DNA from: Camelus dromedarius
Taxonomy: Eukaryota
Reading direction: 5' to 3'
DNA length: 64,000 nucleotides
NCBI RefSeq assembly: GCF_036321535.1
Contig: NC_087436.1
Location: 93,994,001-94,058,000 of the forward strand
Shown: positions 51,191-63,875 of the stretch, in pieces
Layout of the letters: each line of letters starts with the position of its first letter
Numbering within the stretch: position 1 is the first letter of the stretch
The notes under the pieces: model-generated
Told to the model about the DNA's origin: nothing
What the model saw: the letters and a program-made list of their open reading frames with translations, nothing else
The model's database searches: none
Program-made: the position numbers and the translations under genes

Positions 51191-52089
51191 TCCTAGAAGA
51201 GAGATTAGAATACATATACCACGTATATGTGATAAGTATATTAACTGACATACTTCATATTATTGGCTAAGAGGGCATCTAAATAGATGGTAGAATATGT
51301 TTTTCAATGGGAGGATGGAAAGAAAGGGCCAAGCAATGTAACTGAAGAGTGGATGCAGTATTCTAGACTGTAGTTAGTGTTAGGGGACAGAGAGGAGGGG
51401 CGTCAATAATAGAAAATCTGCACAAGCAGATTGTAGACATGAGGGGAGCTAAGTAAGGACAGGATCATGGAGCCCTAATGGAAAGAGTATGGAAGGGACC
51501 ATGAGCAGGAGACTCAAAGGGCCAGTGGAAATGAGGGCCAGACAGAGGGCGCAGGGGGAAAGGATCTGTAGACTGAAGAGCGAGGGAGGCGTGCATTCAC
51601 CATGGTCCTCCATCTCCACCTTCCACGGGGCCTCGGGAGCTTCCCAAGAGTTTTCCCAGCAGGTTCTTGTTTCCCTCAGATTTGGCAATTCCAAGGGTAC
51701 GGTTCTTTTGCACCCCCCTCCCCCACCCGTGTACCCAGTGTGTCTCTTACATGTGTAGTTTATTGCTTTCCATGATGGAGGTTGCCGAGACTCTGTTTTG
51801 TCTATTTTTTGTTTCTTGGCCCTAGAGTCAGTTTTCCATAGTGTGTACGTTCATAAAAGTGTGAGAGAAAACTGAAATGGAGAGGGCTGCAGAGTTCATG
51901 CACAAGATATTCAGCAATGACGTTAAGGACTGAAGGTGTTGGTTGGCTAAAACCTAGATTTTTAAAAAATAATATCCCAATATGCTGCCTGGTGGTTGAC
52001 AGCACTCACACTATCTATGTGTGCTTTTATTGCTTTTGACTGAATGCCATGCCATAAAAAACATTTTGTGCCATATTATTGACATGGTG

Positions 52090-52858
52090 CTATGGCACCC
52101 CCCTTCTCCCAGTTGCTCAGGCTGTAATGTGAGTCATCTGGGACACTGCCATCCCACAGGCCATCCATCAGCCAGCTGTGTCACCTCTGCCTCTGTCATA
52201 CAACTCACAGTCAGCTTCTCTTCCCACCACCTCTCTCTAGGGTAACCACTGTGATCCCATCCCCGGATGACTGGAGCAGCCTGCAACTCATCTCTCTGCT
52301 TCCTCCTTTACATGTCTGTGATCTCTTTTCCACACCCGAGTGATCTTAAGAAAAAGAAAATCAGATCTCATCACTCCTCTGCTCAGAATCTTCCGTTCAG
52401 CCCAACAGAACCAAAGTCCTTGACAATAAGGCCGTCATCTGACCCCCGCCTGCCCTGCTCACTCTATTTCAGCCTCACTGCCTGTTTCTTGCTATTCTTC
52501 AGATACCCCAAGCTTGCTCCCCCGCTGCTGTCTTTCCTTCTGTCTGGAAGGCTTTTTCGCTGGGTCTTCAAACTGCTTGTTCTTTCCTTCATCCAGTCTC
52601 TACTCAAGAGAGAAAGGATTTCCCTGACCACTGTAACCAAAAGAGCCCCCAGTTTTTCCTCCTAACCCTGCTTTATTCTTCCTCATTGCGTTTGTCACCA
52701 CGCCCCCTCCCCAAAACATCAAAACAATAACAAAGCTTGTTGATTCTGTTTCCCCAGCGTAACAGGAAGGACCTTGTCTGTCTTGGTCATCACTTTATCT
52801 TCAGGGTCTAGAACAAAGACAGTCGATGACCAGTAACCATTTGTTGAATGACTGAATG
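52090..52858 (+). mobile_element. L2 LINE 3' region
   Basis: cccagttgctcaggc..gagtgatctt..atcagatctcatcactcctctgctcagaatcttc..ccttgtctgtcttggtcatcactttatcttcagggtctagaaca..tttgttgaatgactgaatg. Confidence 0.85.
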
Positions 52859-54599
52859 TCTCATATAACCAGTTCAAAATTGAGTGTCTTGAGAAGTTAC
52901 CAGTTTCTCATAGAAAATGGTTCATTATGTCTAAACTACTTGCTTCAGTACTATTTTATGTTGTTCTTTTTCTTGAACATACACTCCCTGCTAATTTTAG
53001 CACTCTGTCTAAAGTGATCAGCCTTACCATTGATCCTTTAAAGATGTCTTCATGTTTCTAATTAATGACCGAACCAGTGTTTATAGATGCACAGCAGCTA
53101 AAGTTTTAATCTGCTAGATTCCTCTTTTGCATAGTTTTGTATTATTTCCATATTTAAAACATTTTTTTCCTTTAGAATATTTACTTTCATATTCTCAAAA
53201 AATAAGAGCTCCTTTTCTAAAGTGGCGAAAGTATGTTGAACAGATAATTAAGCTTAAACAGGAACTGAACCCAAAGGTCTTAAGAAAAAATATTCACAGT
53301 CTTTTAAAGACAACATAACTTATTTAGTACCTTACCAGTTATTCAAGACCCAGACAAGATTCAATCTCTTGGTTGATTAAGGTATTATGTTTATAAAATA
53401 TATTATGTTGAAGGTTAATGCCAGTATTGATAATACTCAATTCTTGGAATAGAAAAATTCTTCAGGGAAATGCATTTTGCTTCTTGTTTTTTAATTACAA
53501 AGTAAACAGATACAGAGAAGTGCATGTTTTAAAGTTGTGGGGTTTGTGATTGCCAGGGTTTGTAACCTAATAGATGGAAATCAGAATGCAGGCTACCAGC
53601 ATCTCTGGCAGGAAGCTTTGCCCATGGACTCTGGTCAATTTGATAATGTTCCCTGCCTGACTCTGTAGCCTTAGTGCCTGCACAGCATGTGGTGCTGCGT
53701 TTTGCCCTGTATTTTATGTTTAATTGTTTGACGTTTAACTGTCTCATCAAAAAGATGATTAGCTCCTAGTTAATAGAACCCACATCAGGGTCCAGGTCTC
53801 TGACTGCTTTCTCCTCCTCTGTGCTTGAATACGCCCTGGAATGTTATTGAAAGTAAACACAGCACTCACTAAATCCAGAATGGTAGGAGATTTCTGTGGT
53901 AATTTTGAGGAAATTATTTATTACACTGTTTAATTATTAAAGAGTGAAACTTGCATAATACTTTGCAAAACGACACACTTCCTGAGCTCTTGTTAACCGG
54001 ACTGCCCATTCTAAAGAGGGGGTGGGGAATCTACTTTTACATTATGACAACGTAGCTGGCTTTTCTCTAGTGAAAGTGAGACACGGGGCTTGGATTTGAC
54101 ACATTATTTATGACTTTGTAATAGGTATTGTCTCTCCGCCTGCATTCAGTATTTATTCTGAACTTCCTCTTTTGAAAACAAAAAATCTGTTAAAACTGCC
54201 ACAGGGTACATAGGGTTAGAGACGGGTAAGGATGAGACACTACAGTTTGCTGTGTTAGAGGGGCAGGAAGGGACCACTATAGAACCTAACAGGGCTCAAA
54301 GAATTCATGAAGAATACTGCCTAGGACAGGGTGAAAGCTTAGGGAGAAAAAGCAGGGACTTTTCTTTAGATTTAAATTAGCTTTTGTTAGCTTTTAGAAG
54401 TTAATGTTTTACTGACCAAATGTTAAAGCTTTCCCTGGCTCCAGAGGTACCATCTCCAAAGTTTCAAAGCTTTTCTGGCAAGGACAGAAATGCCTGTCAC
54501 TGGCAGGGTCAGAGCAGCGAGGTGAGGGTGGGGAGGTGGCTAGAGACATACAGGTAATTAAAGAAAGGAGAGGGAGGAAGGGAAATTATTTCCTTATCT

Positions 54600-54850
54600 A
54601 GAGGCAGTAAAATGTGGTCTCTAAGAGCCAGAATGGCTGGTTTCAAATTCTCTCCACTATTTACTAGCTGCTTGTCTTAGTCAAGTTACTTTATTTCTTG
54701 CGCCTTAGTTTACTCAGCTGTCAAATGGGACAATAGTAGTACCCACCACAAAATGTGTTTATGAGGCGTGCATGTGTTAGTGTATGTGAAGCACTTAGTA
54801 ACAGTGACTTGTATCTGATAAGGGTTATAGAGAGAAGTTAAATACTGCGA
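54600..54850 (+). mobile_element. MIR SINE, full length
   Basis: gagccagaatggctggtttcaaattctctccactatttactagctg..ctgtcaaatgggacaatagtagtacc..gtgaagcacttag. Confidence 0.85.
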
Positions 54851-55836
54851 TTTTATTTCAGATGGAGGTGATAGATAAATTTAAGTGAAAGTTAGACAGG
54901 AAATGTAGGTGGTGATTCTGCCTCGTCATTGGCTGCCTCACCAATGTACTCTTGTCAGTGTTGTGTGTAATGAACATGGGAGCTTGAAGTCCATGGGCTC
55001 CTCATGACTGTCCATTACACAGGAAAATGAAAAACACTAGAATCACTGCCTTTGTGACAGATAGATATTTTAGAGTGAAAAAAAGAAGTACCCCTTGCAT
55101 GAGTAAAGCTTGGGAGGGAAGGAGCTGGTTGGATATGAGGTGGGGTTATACTTTATTTTATTGGATAATTCTCTCATGTGCTTTGTCTGAGAAGTTAAAG
55201 ACAGGCTCTGTAGTAGACATAATAGCATATAATGTTACAAAGCTTCTGGATTAACTCACCCTGGGTGGGATGCTGGAACCTGAGATTCAAGAAAAGTTAG
55301 TAGTCCTTGTCCTCTCTCTTCCTGCTGTCTCTGAGTCAGGGTTCCCTGTCATGGTGAACATTTCTAAGGGAAAAGGACTCAGTATCCCCAGTAAAGGTGG
55401 ACCTGAAGACTGTGGTTGAAAGGGGGTGGAGGGGTGAGCTAGAGTGAGGGTGAGTGGAGAGCCCCCCACAGCCCAGCCTGGCCAGTGTAAACCCTTTGAA
55501 GTTCAGCTAACCTGAGAAGGTAGAGGAACACTCATTTTACTTCACAACAGTCATCCCAAAGCATATTGTTCTCTCTTGGGTTTCTTTCCATTATACCACC
55601 TACCTGGCCCTTACTGCTGAATGTAAGATCTCTGCTGCCTTGTCCATGTTAAATAGCTACTGCTATGCAAGCAGGAAGTACTTGACATATAATTTCAATG
55701 AGTTTAGATATATGCTTTAAGAGCATGTCCCACTAGAAACCTAATGGATTCACAAGCTTAATTTTTACAGTAATAATAATAAATATATTTTCCCTTGTAA
55801 GACAGAGACCATGCGGGACATTCCCCTCCCTCCCCG

Positions 55837-55849
55837 ACACACACACACA

Positions 55850-55880
<31 letters not shown>
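55837..55880. repeat. (CA)n-(GC)n-(CA)n compound microsatellite
   Basis: Direct reading; alternating purine-pyrimidine throughout. Confidence 0.9.
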
Positions 55881-55884
55881 TACT

Positions 55885-56095
55885 ATTCTCCTTCTCTGCT
55901 ATTCTCTCTCTTTAGTTCTTTCATAATCTTACCTACTATATATTTTATTGATTTATTTATTCAGTGTCTCCCCCATGAGACTATCGGGTTTATGAGGGCA
56001 GGGATTTTTGCCTGTTTTGCTAACTGTTACAGCCCCAGTACCTAGAACAGTGCCTGACACTTAGAAGGTACTTGATATTATTGAGTGCATGAAAT
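55885..56095 (+). mobile_element. L2a 3' end
   Basis: tgagggcagggatttttgcctgttttgctaactg..ccccagtacctagaacagtgcctgacac. Confidence 0.85.
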
Positions 56096-56183
56096 GCACA
56101 AGTATTAGTTATTATTATAATTTTACTCTTTAAAGCAATTGTGCCAATTGAGAGGATATTGTTTGTTTGTTTTAAAATGAGAG

Positions 56184-56355
56184 AATATCTTTATTGATTC
56201 AGGATAAGGAGGATTTCTTAAATGGGGCACAAAAAGGACAAAACATGAAGGAAACGGTTTCTACCTTTCACATTAAAAATTATGTATGTCAGTGGCATCA
56301 TAGACAAAGTGAAGCTCTAAGTGGCAAATTGGAAAAAATTATTTGAGATCCGATA
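56184..56355 (+). mobile_element. Internal L1ME-like ORF2 fragment
   Basis: ggatttcttaaatggggcacaaaaagg..cacattaaaaatt..catcatagacaaagtgaa..aaattggaaaaaattatttg. Confidence 0.6.
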
Positions 56356-57324
56356 GAGAGGATATTGTTTTTAATTTTAAAATGAAAGCCCTTTGATCCT
56401 GTCCTAATGTACAGATAAGGTAAACTCTTCATCCAGATATGGCAATGCCCATTCTTTCATTCTTCCTGTTGATACTGTTAATGGGGAATTTAATAAATTA
56501 ACTGCAAGATAATATGATGGTGCTTTTAATCATGCAGGTTTGTGGATACTGCTCTGCAAACGTGGAGAAAGGCTTTTTGGTCTAAAGTAGTGATGGAAGA
56601 GGGCAGGTAAAGGAACATTAACAGTGCATGCAGCTGAGGCCAAGGTCTCATATGCGTGTACATAGAAACCAATGGCTGCCCTGGAGGTGTTAATCCTTTT
56701 ATAATATTGCCATTCTTCTGGTGGGTTCTGTGTGTCACATGAATTCTTTAGGAGGACTCTCCCATGTGTACTTGCATCCCTTCAGCTCTTTGAGCTCAGT
56801 CTTGCAATGTCAGCTAGTTAGGGTCATGGCCAACTACTGGTGCTGACACTACCCGAACAGGTATATAGCTTCAGTGCCAATAGTCATTTTTTTCAGATGA
56901 AGGCTAGTGCCTCAGTGCATATATGTGGGTGTGTGGGGGTGTGTGTACAATTTCTTCTCCTTATGCTTTAGTCATACATTAATACAATAACCAATTCCAG
57001 CAAAGGTTTTGAAATTCTAAATACATAGTGTAAAATCTACTTCTGGAAAACTGCTCACCACTATCAAATACAGAGCAAACACACATCGACTTGCTCTTTA
57101 CATCGGCTATATCTTTATAGCCTTTAAGTGAGCTGAAATAAAAAAGAATGTTCTCTTAGTAGAATGTAAAGGGGACCAAAATAGATATTACATATATTTA
57201 AAATAGCCCACATAACAATTTCCTGGCTTCACAGCATGTCTTCACCCGTGCTTCATGAATCTTGTTACTCCTTTTTCCAGATCTACCTTGGAGCTGATCT
57301 TGTCTCAAGCTTCTATTTCAGGCC

Positions 57325-57357
<33 letters not shown>

Positions 57358-57484
57358 GTCTCCAGACTCAGAACTCAGATATGCCTGCTGTCATCCACTC
57401 TAAAAACAAAGGTGCTTTGTTAAGACAAAGGAAGCTCCTCCGGTGCTGATTTAAGCTTGTTTCAAACCAGATCTATCAGAAGTT

Positions 57485-57562
57485 ATGGCAGCAAATGCAG
57501 CACATGTCTACAGGATGCCACTGGCATATACCTTTGCCTACATCGAGGGCTATGTAATAGGG
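57485..57562 (+). other. Candidate alternative first coding exon segment
   Basis: gttATGG Kozak context in non-repeat sequence. Possible donors TAT|gtaata (57553/57554) or GGG|gtcagt (57562/57563), followed by a TG-rich tract. Peptide not recognised. Confidence 0.25.
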
Positions 57563-59022
57563 GTCAGTGTCAGTGCCAGCAGAAGGGACGATTATTACCT
57601 TTTCTGTGTCCTTTTCTGTATTGTGTACCTTTGTAATAACTTGTGTGCATTGTTTGTGCAGAGACCATAGTTATCTGTGTGTTTTTTAAATTAACCCTGT
57701 TCAAAGCAAAGTCAGGAAGAAGTTGCTTCTTTTTTATTTAGAGCAGGCAGTAACTGAAATGATTGCTTTCAGGTGTTCAGTGAAAAGCTGCCCTGTCCTT
57801 ACCACTTTACTCTTAAAATTTATCCTCTTGAGATGGTTTGTTTCCTACATTTTTGTGTTCTGGGTAATGTTTGATATAGGAATGCGTGTGCATGCACACA
57901 CACACGCATGTACTCACACGCCTGACAAGCACCCATTCCTACACCAAGTCCAAACCAAAACACTCTTCCTAATGCTTAATGCACATCACACACCCAGAAT
58001 TTATTAAAAATTCTTATATAATATACTCAATTACTCTTACATAAAGGCAGATTTTCTGAGTCTCTTTTGTAGTCAAAAGGAATTTAGTGTAAAGTCAGTA
58101 GCTTTTTTTGAAACACTTCCTTAATATTATTGATAGATTGCTTCAATTTTCCTTTAATTAGAACCTAGCAATTTAGCTTTATATAATATTTAACATGATT
58201 ATAATCTTAGACTTGTTCTGGATTTTGACCCTTTACTAAGTAACCTACTGATAATTTTTTAGTCACTATTGATAGCTTTAGATTATTTCATTTGGGAGTA
58301 ATAAAACTGTCTCTCTTAAAAAATACAGGTAGATAAATGGATTTAAAACTTTCTTTTTACTCTGGCCTTTTTACTTCCTATCCTTGTTACTTCAAATTCC
58401 TAGGGTTTATAGGATTTATTAAGGCTAACAATTATAGAATAGCAACTAAGGGAAAATTTGAGACCACATCTTTGAAATGCTTGCTTTAGGAAGAGTTACA
58501 GATTTGTTTCTCTCTTTGCATGCTGTGGAGCTCAGGGTAATCCTGGTTCAGGTGGTCTCAGATATCACAGGATAGCTTTTTGGAGCCCTCCTCAAGTCCA
58601 TCTTCTGGTCCCTTCTCCCCTGATCTCCCAGCTGCCTGAACTGGCAAACAGCCTCCCGGGAGGTTCCATCCCTTCCCTGCTTGAAAAGGAGCATATTTAC
58701 TCTGCTTAAGTGCTTCGGGTCCTCCTGGTCCGTTGTTATGTACAGACTGTTTTTATTATCATGAATTATGTTTTATACCTTCCTTCTTCTTTCTCTGCCC
58801 CTTCTATTTTTCTCCGCTTCTTAGCAGTAAATTCATTTCCAGCTCCAAACTGATAAAGTAAAATAAAATGAGGGTTTAGTTCTCATGTGGTTTTTTGCCT
58901 GTATCTTTTTTCTGCCAGGCGTATCACAAACCCAATTGTTGGTAGTGATTAGGAGAAAAGATAAAGGGTACTCATCCAGGTTACCTACCCTAGATATAAT
59001 GAGAAGAAGAAAACCCAACAAT

Positions 59023-59036
59023 TGCTAAAAATAGAA
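59023..59036 (+). promoter_or_regulatory. Consensus MEF2 site
   Basis: TGCTAAAAATAGAA contains the canonical CTAAAAATAG. Motif only. Confidence 0.35.
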
Positions 59037-61907
59037 CATTTCTAAGAAATCACAGTAACATTTTTTGAGTACTTTCTATATGCCGGGAAAGTTTCTAGGC
59101 ACTTTATGTGTGTTCATACATAAAACGCTTAGAACTCAGCAACTCTGGTGAAACAAGAATTATTGTTTCCTTGTCTGCACCCTGCAGAACAAGGTAACGG
59201 GCATCCATCTTGTTTCTAGGAAGGTGAATTTTAAAAAATCATTTGTTTCCTTTTAGTCAGCATTGGCGTGTGAATTAAATTTCCTTCTCTAGTAAACGTC
59301 AGAGCATTTGTCTTCTTGGGCTGTCCCTGGATCCATGTGTTACAGTAGGTTTGCTGTTAACTTTTCAGACTGCTATTGAGCAGTTTTGTATCTGGCGATT
59401 TTAACACCTCCCTTCCTTCTGTACCACCCACTCAAGTTCATTACAGGTGCCCTTAGCAAATGACTCCCAAGGCATTTAAGTGGCCAAAGCTCATTGACCA
59501 ATGAGGAGAGGTGTGCCATGTATAACAGCGTTACGCAGTTCCTGGGATCAGGAGCGAAGTTTGCTTAAGCAAAGCTTTTGTTACCATTAGCCTGTCGCAT
59601 CCTGATTTCAAGACTGGAAAGGTAGGGAACACCTTATTTGTTGTAATTGGAAGAGAGGAGGAGATGGTTTTGTGTTTGGTTAAAGTAATTTAGGTCAGGT
59701 TGAATAAACAAATGATCCATTTTGTTCTTAATTGAAGGTAAAAAAATTGGAAGTTTGTGAGAGTTTCAAATGCTGCACAGTTTGCCTTACCAGAAGCAAA
59801 ACCAAAATTCTGAAGTTAAGAACATTAAAAAACAAAAAGATCAGTTTGTCTAGCATCTCTTCATTTTAACACACTTGAAAAAACTAGGTTAAGGAGAGTC
59901 ATGTTTTCATAGATTGCTGCTGTTTTAATTGTGGGATTAAAAAGCAGGAATTTATCAACAATATTTGCATTTATTTTCCAAAGTCATTTCAGAGTCAGTC
60001 CTTAGAGAAGAAATTTGTGACTTTAAAAAATATATGTATGTGATAAGAATAAGAAACTGATGGAATTAGTATTTGATAGTTACTACGTAAAGGTTAGCAA
60101 TAATGACGTTTCCTCTGAGAAAAGTTCTGATATAAGAAGACTGTTGTATTAATCATTTTCTCAAACCAATAGCAAAGTTTATGAAATGGAATTAGTTAAA
60201 TATAAATTATATACCTTAAAGACTATACAAATTAGTTTCACTTTTACTAGAAGGAATAGTTTGGTATATTTTATGCATTATTTAATTTCTAATATTAACT
60301 CAAGGAAACCAGAGATAAAGAATCTTTATTCACTTCTCCTACCTGGAAATGCAGCAATTTGAATAGCATTTGAAGCTAATTCTGAGAAGCAAAACCCTCT
60401 TCATTGTGAATAAAATGATGAGTCAATGGGACTAAATGTATACATTAAGAACATGTTATTATATTTATTCATTAGCCTACATCTAATGTTTACTACCAGA
60501 AAGTAAGTTTGGATTCTAAGAAAAGTGTAACTGGTTTCCCATGGTTGCTTTTTCCCAGAGATGGCTTAATGTATTTTATAACAGAAATTAGATAATATAC
60601 TTGTTTAAAAATACATGAGAAATGGTACCATTTGGTAAAAAGGTTTTTAAAAACGTTAAAGTATTTAGTTAAAACTCTCTCTTTGCCTAATTTGTGATGA
60701 GAATTTTTTAAGCATATAATATCAATTATAAATGCCAAATAATTTCGGTTATCTCAGTTTCCCCCTTTTTAACAATTATTTTTATATACTCCTTTAAAAG
60801 ATTTGCCTCCTGAAAGTTTCTACTTCTATTAGAGTTATTCATACTGCCATTTTATGAGACATGTACTCTCAAGATCTCCTTCCTAAATAAGTCTCTTATT
60901 CTGGGTGACTCTTTGGGGGAGGTGGACGTGGGTCGACCACCAGTCACAGGGTTAACTATTCACAGCACAGAATACTTGCTAGCCATCTTTTCTGGTGCAA
61001 GTAATTGCTGTTTCTCAATTCCAAGCTGAGGTTCAAAGGTTTAGACTAACTTCACAAGATCAGAGGTCAGGCACGAATTGCTGCAATTTGTATTTCAATT
61101 CTGCCGATATGACAGAATTTCACAGCTATGATGATTGCTTTTTCCACTTCTGCACACATACCAGGCCAGGCAGTTAACAGTGTAATTTGTACAAGTCAGC
61201 CCTTGGCACCCAAGTTTAATGAGTAACTAGCTGGTGCCTTAGGTTTCACTGGTACAAGGTGCACAGTATAAAAAGGGTCAAATGTCAACGCACAAAGACG
61301 GAGGGGGTGGGGAGTGATATCAATAACCACCACCTATGAATCAGACGTAATTTGTGTTCATTTTAAAAATAATTTCTATGATGGGAATGTTGGCGTGTTC
61401 GTTCTCCTCGCTTCTGAAAGAGGTAGATAATTTTGTTCAATGTTAGCAAGAAAGAACAGTGTGATTAGAGATTATTGAGAACTGTAGAAAGCGAAATTGC
61501 AGGCTCTGTTTACACTTTTCATGGATCTCTGATTTCTCAAAAACCTCCCCAAATGTGCCAGCTTTTCAAGAATCTCAAGAACAAATTGCGTAACCAGGTG
61601 TTTCTGAGCCCATGACACTTAGGATTATCTAACATTCTCTATACTTCATCCAAAACGTCAAACTCCTATCTTTATTTCTAACCCAAGTCAAGAATATCTT
61701 TTACTATTTAAAGTTGAGTATTGGGACTCTTCAAAAAATTCTTGGATGGTGGGTGTTGAGAATCCATGGGTTTGCCATTCACAGTTTTGACTTCTCATAA
61801 ATGACTCTGAAACTACAATATAAATATATGTAACTTGTCATTTTTGTTATAACACAAATTTTAATTTTCTACTCTTCCAGACTGGGGGTAGAAGCAATTG
61901 GACTCTT

Positions 61908-62160
61908 CCATAGTGCAGAATAATTAAGCACACAGATTCTGGTGTCAGAATCCTGGGTTTAAATCCCAACTTCATCATTTACAGTTAAGAGACTTGAGCA
62001 AATGGGCAGCCTCCCTCTGTTTAGTTCCTTCATCTCCAGAACGAGTGTAACCATAGAATCTGCTTCATGGGGTTGTAGTAATAATTAAATAAGACAATGT
62101 ACTTGAAATGCTTAGCACAGTGCCTGGTTTATAATAACTTCTCAGGGAATGTTAATTGTT
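61908..62160 (+). mobile_element. MIR SINE, full length
   Basis: gattctggtgtcagaatcctgggtttaaatcccaacttc..ggggttgtagtaataattaaataagacaatgt..gcttagcacagtgcctgg. Confidence 0.88.
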
Positions 62161-62769
62161 TTATTAATATTATTAAGTTACATACCTTGTGAATAAGCCT
62201 TCCCTACCCTATATATCAGCCTAACTTGTTTAGACTTTTTTGCAGGAGGGTGACGTGGTCAAACTGTATGTTTTTAAATGGTCACTTTGTCTCCATGAGA
62301 GCTAGATTGATTGCAGTAGGCAAGAGTGGATGCGACCAAGTCAGCTGGGAGGCTGCTGTAGCCATCCAGGCAGGAGCTGATGGTTGGCAGTTTATAAGAT
62401 GCTTTCAAATGCAGTGTCTCACTTTTATCTTTGTAATAACTCTCACGTGTGGAGTTAGGATGCTGAAGCCAGAAGGTGGCATGTCTGTGGTCAAACGCTG
62501 CTGATGACAGAGTGAGAACCAGAACTCTGTTACCAGACTCTTGCCCTGGCAGCTTTAGGCCCGTGTACTAGCACCCCTGGGTGTGGGGAGTTCATTTACC
62601 TTTAGAGAGGACTTGTTTTTAAAAACAGAATTCTCATTCCTTGGTTGAAGGCATGGGGTGAGAAAGTTATTTTTAGCCTAGATTTATGAGTGAGAGTTGG
62701 GAGAAGCAGAACAGGACATAGAACTTGATGGACATCTTTTTGGAAAAAATACATTGATTAATTTCACAT

Positions 62770-63100
62770 ATTTTATTTATACCCTGCCTCATTCCAAAAA
62801 TGGATTTGAAACTGCTTTCAAAACTACATAAGGTAGACAAGATAAAGGTGAGAGGGTAAAAAAATCAGGGTGAGCAAATTAAGACGATGCCACAGTTGTC
62901 TTAAGGCCAACAAACGTTTGCCCTCAGATCCCACCATTTACTGAAGAAGGACCATGAGTAACATAAGATTCACATGCCTGAAAAAATAAAAGCAAACCAA
63001 GTGTTCTACTCAGAATAGCTTTTTCTTCTACTGGAATCTAGGAAAGTTCCCCCATTTGGTCTTCCTAAAGACTCCGTGATATAATGGTCAATAGCCATAG
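62770..63100 (-). mobile_element. L4 (RTE-X) LINE 3' fragment
   Basis: tataccctgcctcattccaaaaatggatttgaaactgct and aagattcacatg..aaataaaagcaaaccaag resemble the recalled L4 3' end. Confidence 0.6.
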
Positions 63101-63689
63101 CTTTTTCACAGAATAAGGAGTGGGTGAGGGGGTTGGAGTGAATTAATTAACCCAGTTAATGTCTGGAAACCATTTCTTTTCTCTAGGAACTTCCCCACAA
63201 ATCTTATTAATACATGTAGTTAGGTGGCCTTTAGTAAGATAGTTTCCTCCACAGTAATATGAAGGATTTATACTAAGATGGACTTCTCAGATGGGGTGCC
63301 CTGGGGTACCCAATATTGTGTCAGGAGGAGGGTGAAGCCACAGGGAAAAAGTGGCATGTGGGTTTTGCTTGAAGATTTTTATGACAAAACAATAATACAA
63401 TTTTTAGTAAATGGATTGTGTTTGGAATCATTCTGGAAAATCAGATTTTTCTGGAAACAAACAGTTGAGCCTAAGTGTTTTATTTGGGGAAAATTTTCTG
63501 CCACTTGAATAGTTGTGAGAGGCACTTCTTCCCCTCATTAAAATACAGCACAGAAGTATGTAAAACCATAATTTCATTTATATGTTAGTGATTTGCTTTT
63601 AATTAATAGTTAACATGCCCGTTACTATGATTACTTTTCAAAAAGGAAAATTTGCCATTATAAAGCGAAAAATTAAAATTCTGCACAAA

Positions 63690-63875
63690 TTATATGTGCC
63701 AGGAATAGTGCTTTATAAATACTTTCTCTGTTCTCCATACAATCCTGCAAGAAATTAGTTCCACTTTAACAATGGGGAAACTGGGGCTCAGAAAAAGTTG
63801 AATAAATTTGTCTGGATTCACGTAGCTAGCAAATGAATTGTTCAGCAGTCTGCATTTTATTCTGTTGCCTTGACA
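63690..63875 (-). mobile_element. MIR SINE
   Basis: atgtgccaggaatagtgcttta..ccactttaacaatggggaaactggggctcagaaaaagttgaataaatttgtc. Confidence 0.8.

Noticed and set aside
52267..52665. 132-aa ORF
   Set aside because: It lies wholly within a decayed L2, and its composition reflects the pyrimidine-rich repeat.
61260..61430. TATAAAAAG box with a downstream GAG|gtagat
   Set aside because: A single short motif in AT-rich DNA with a weak donor and no other support.
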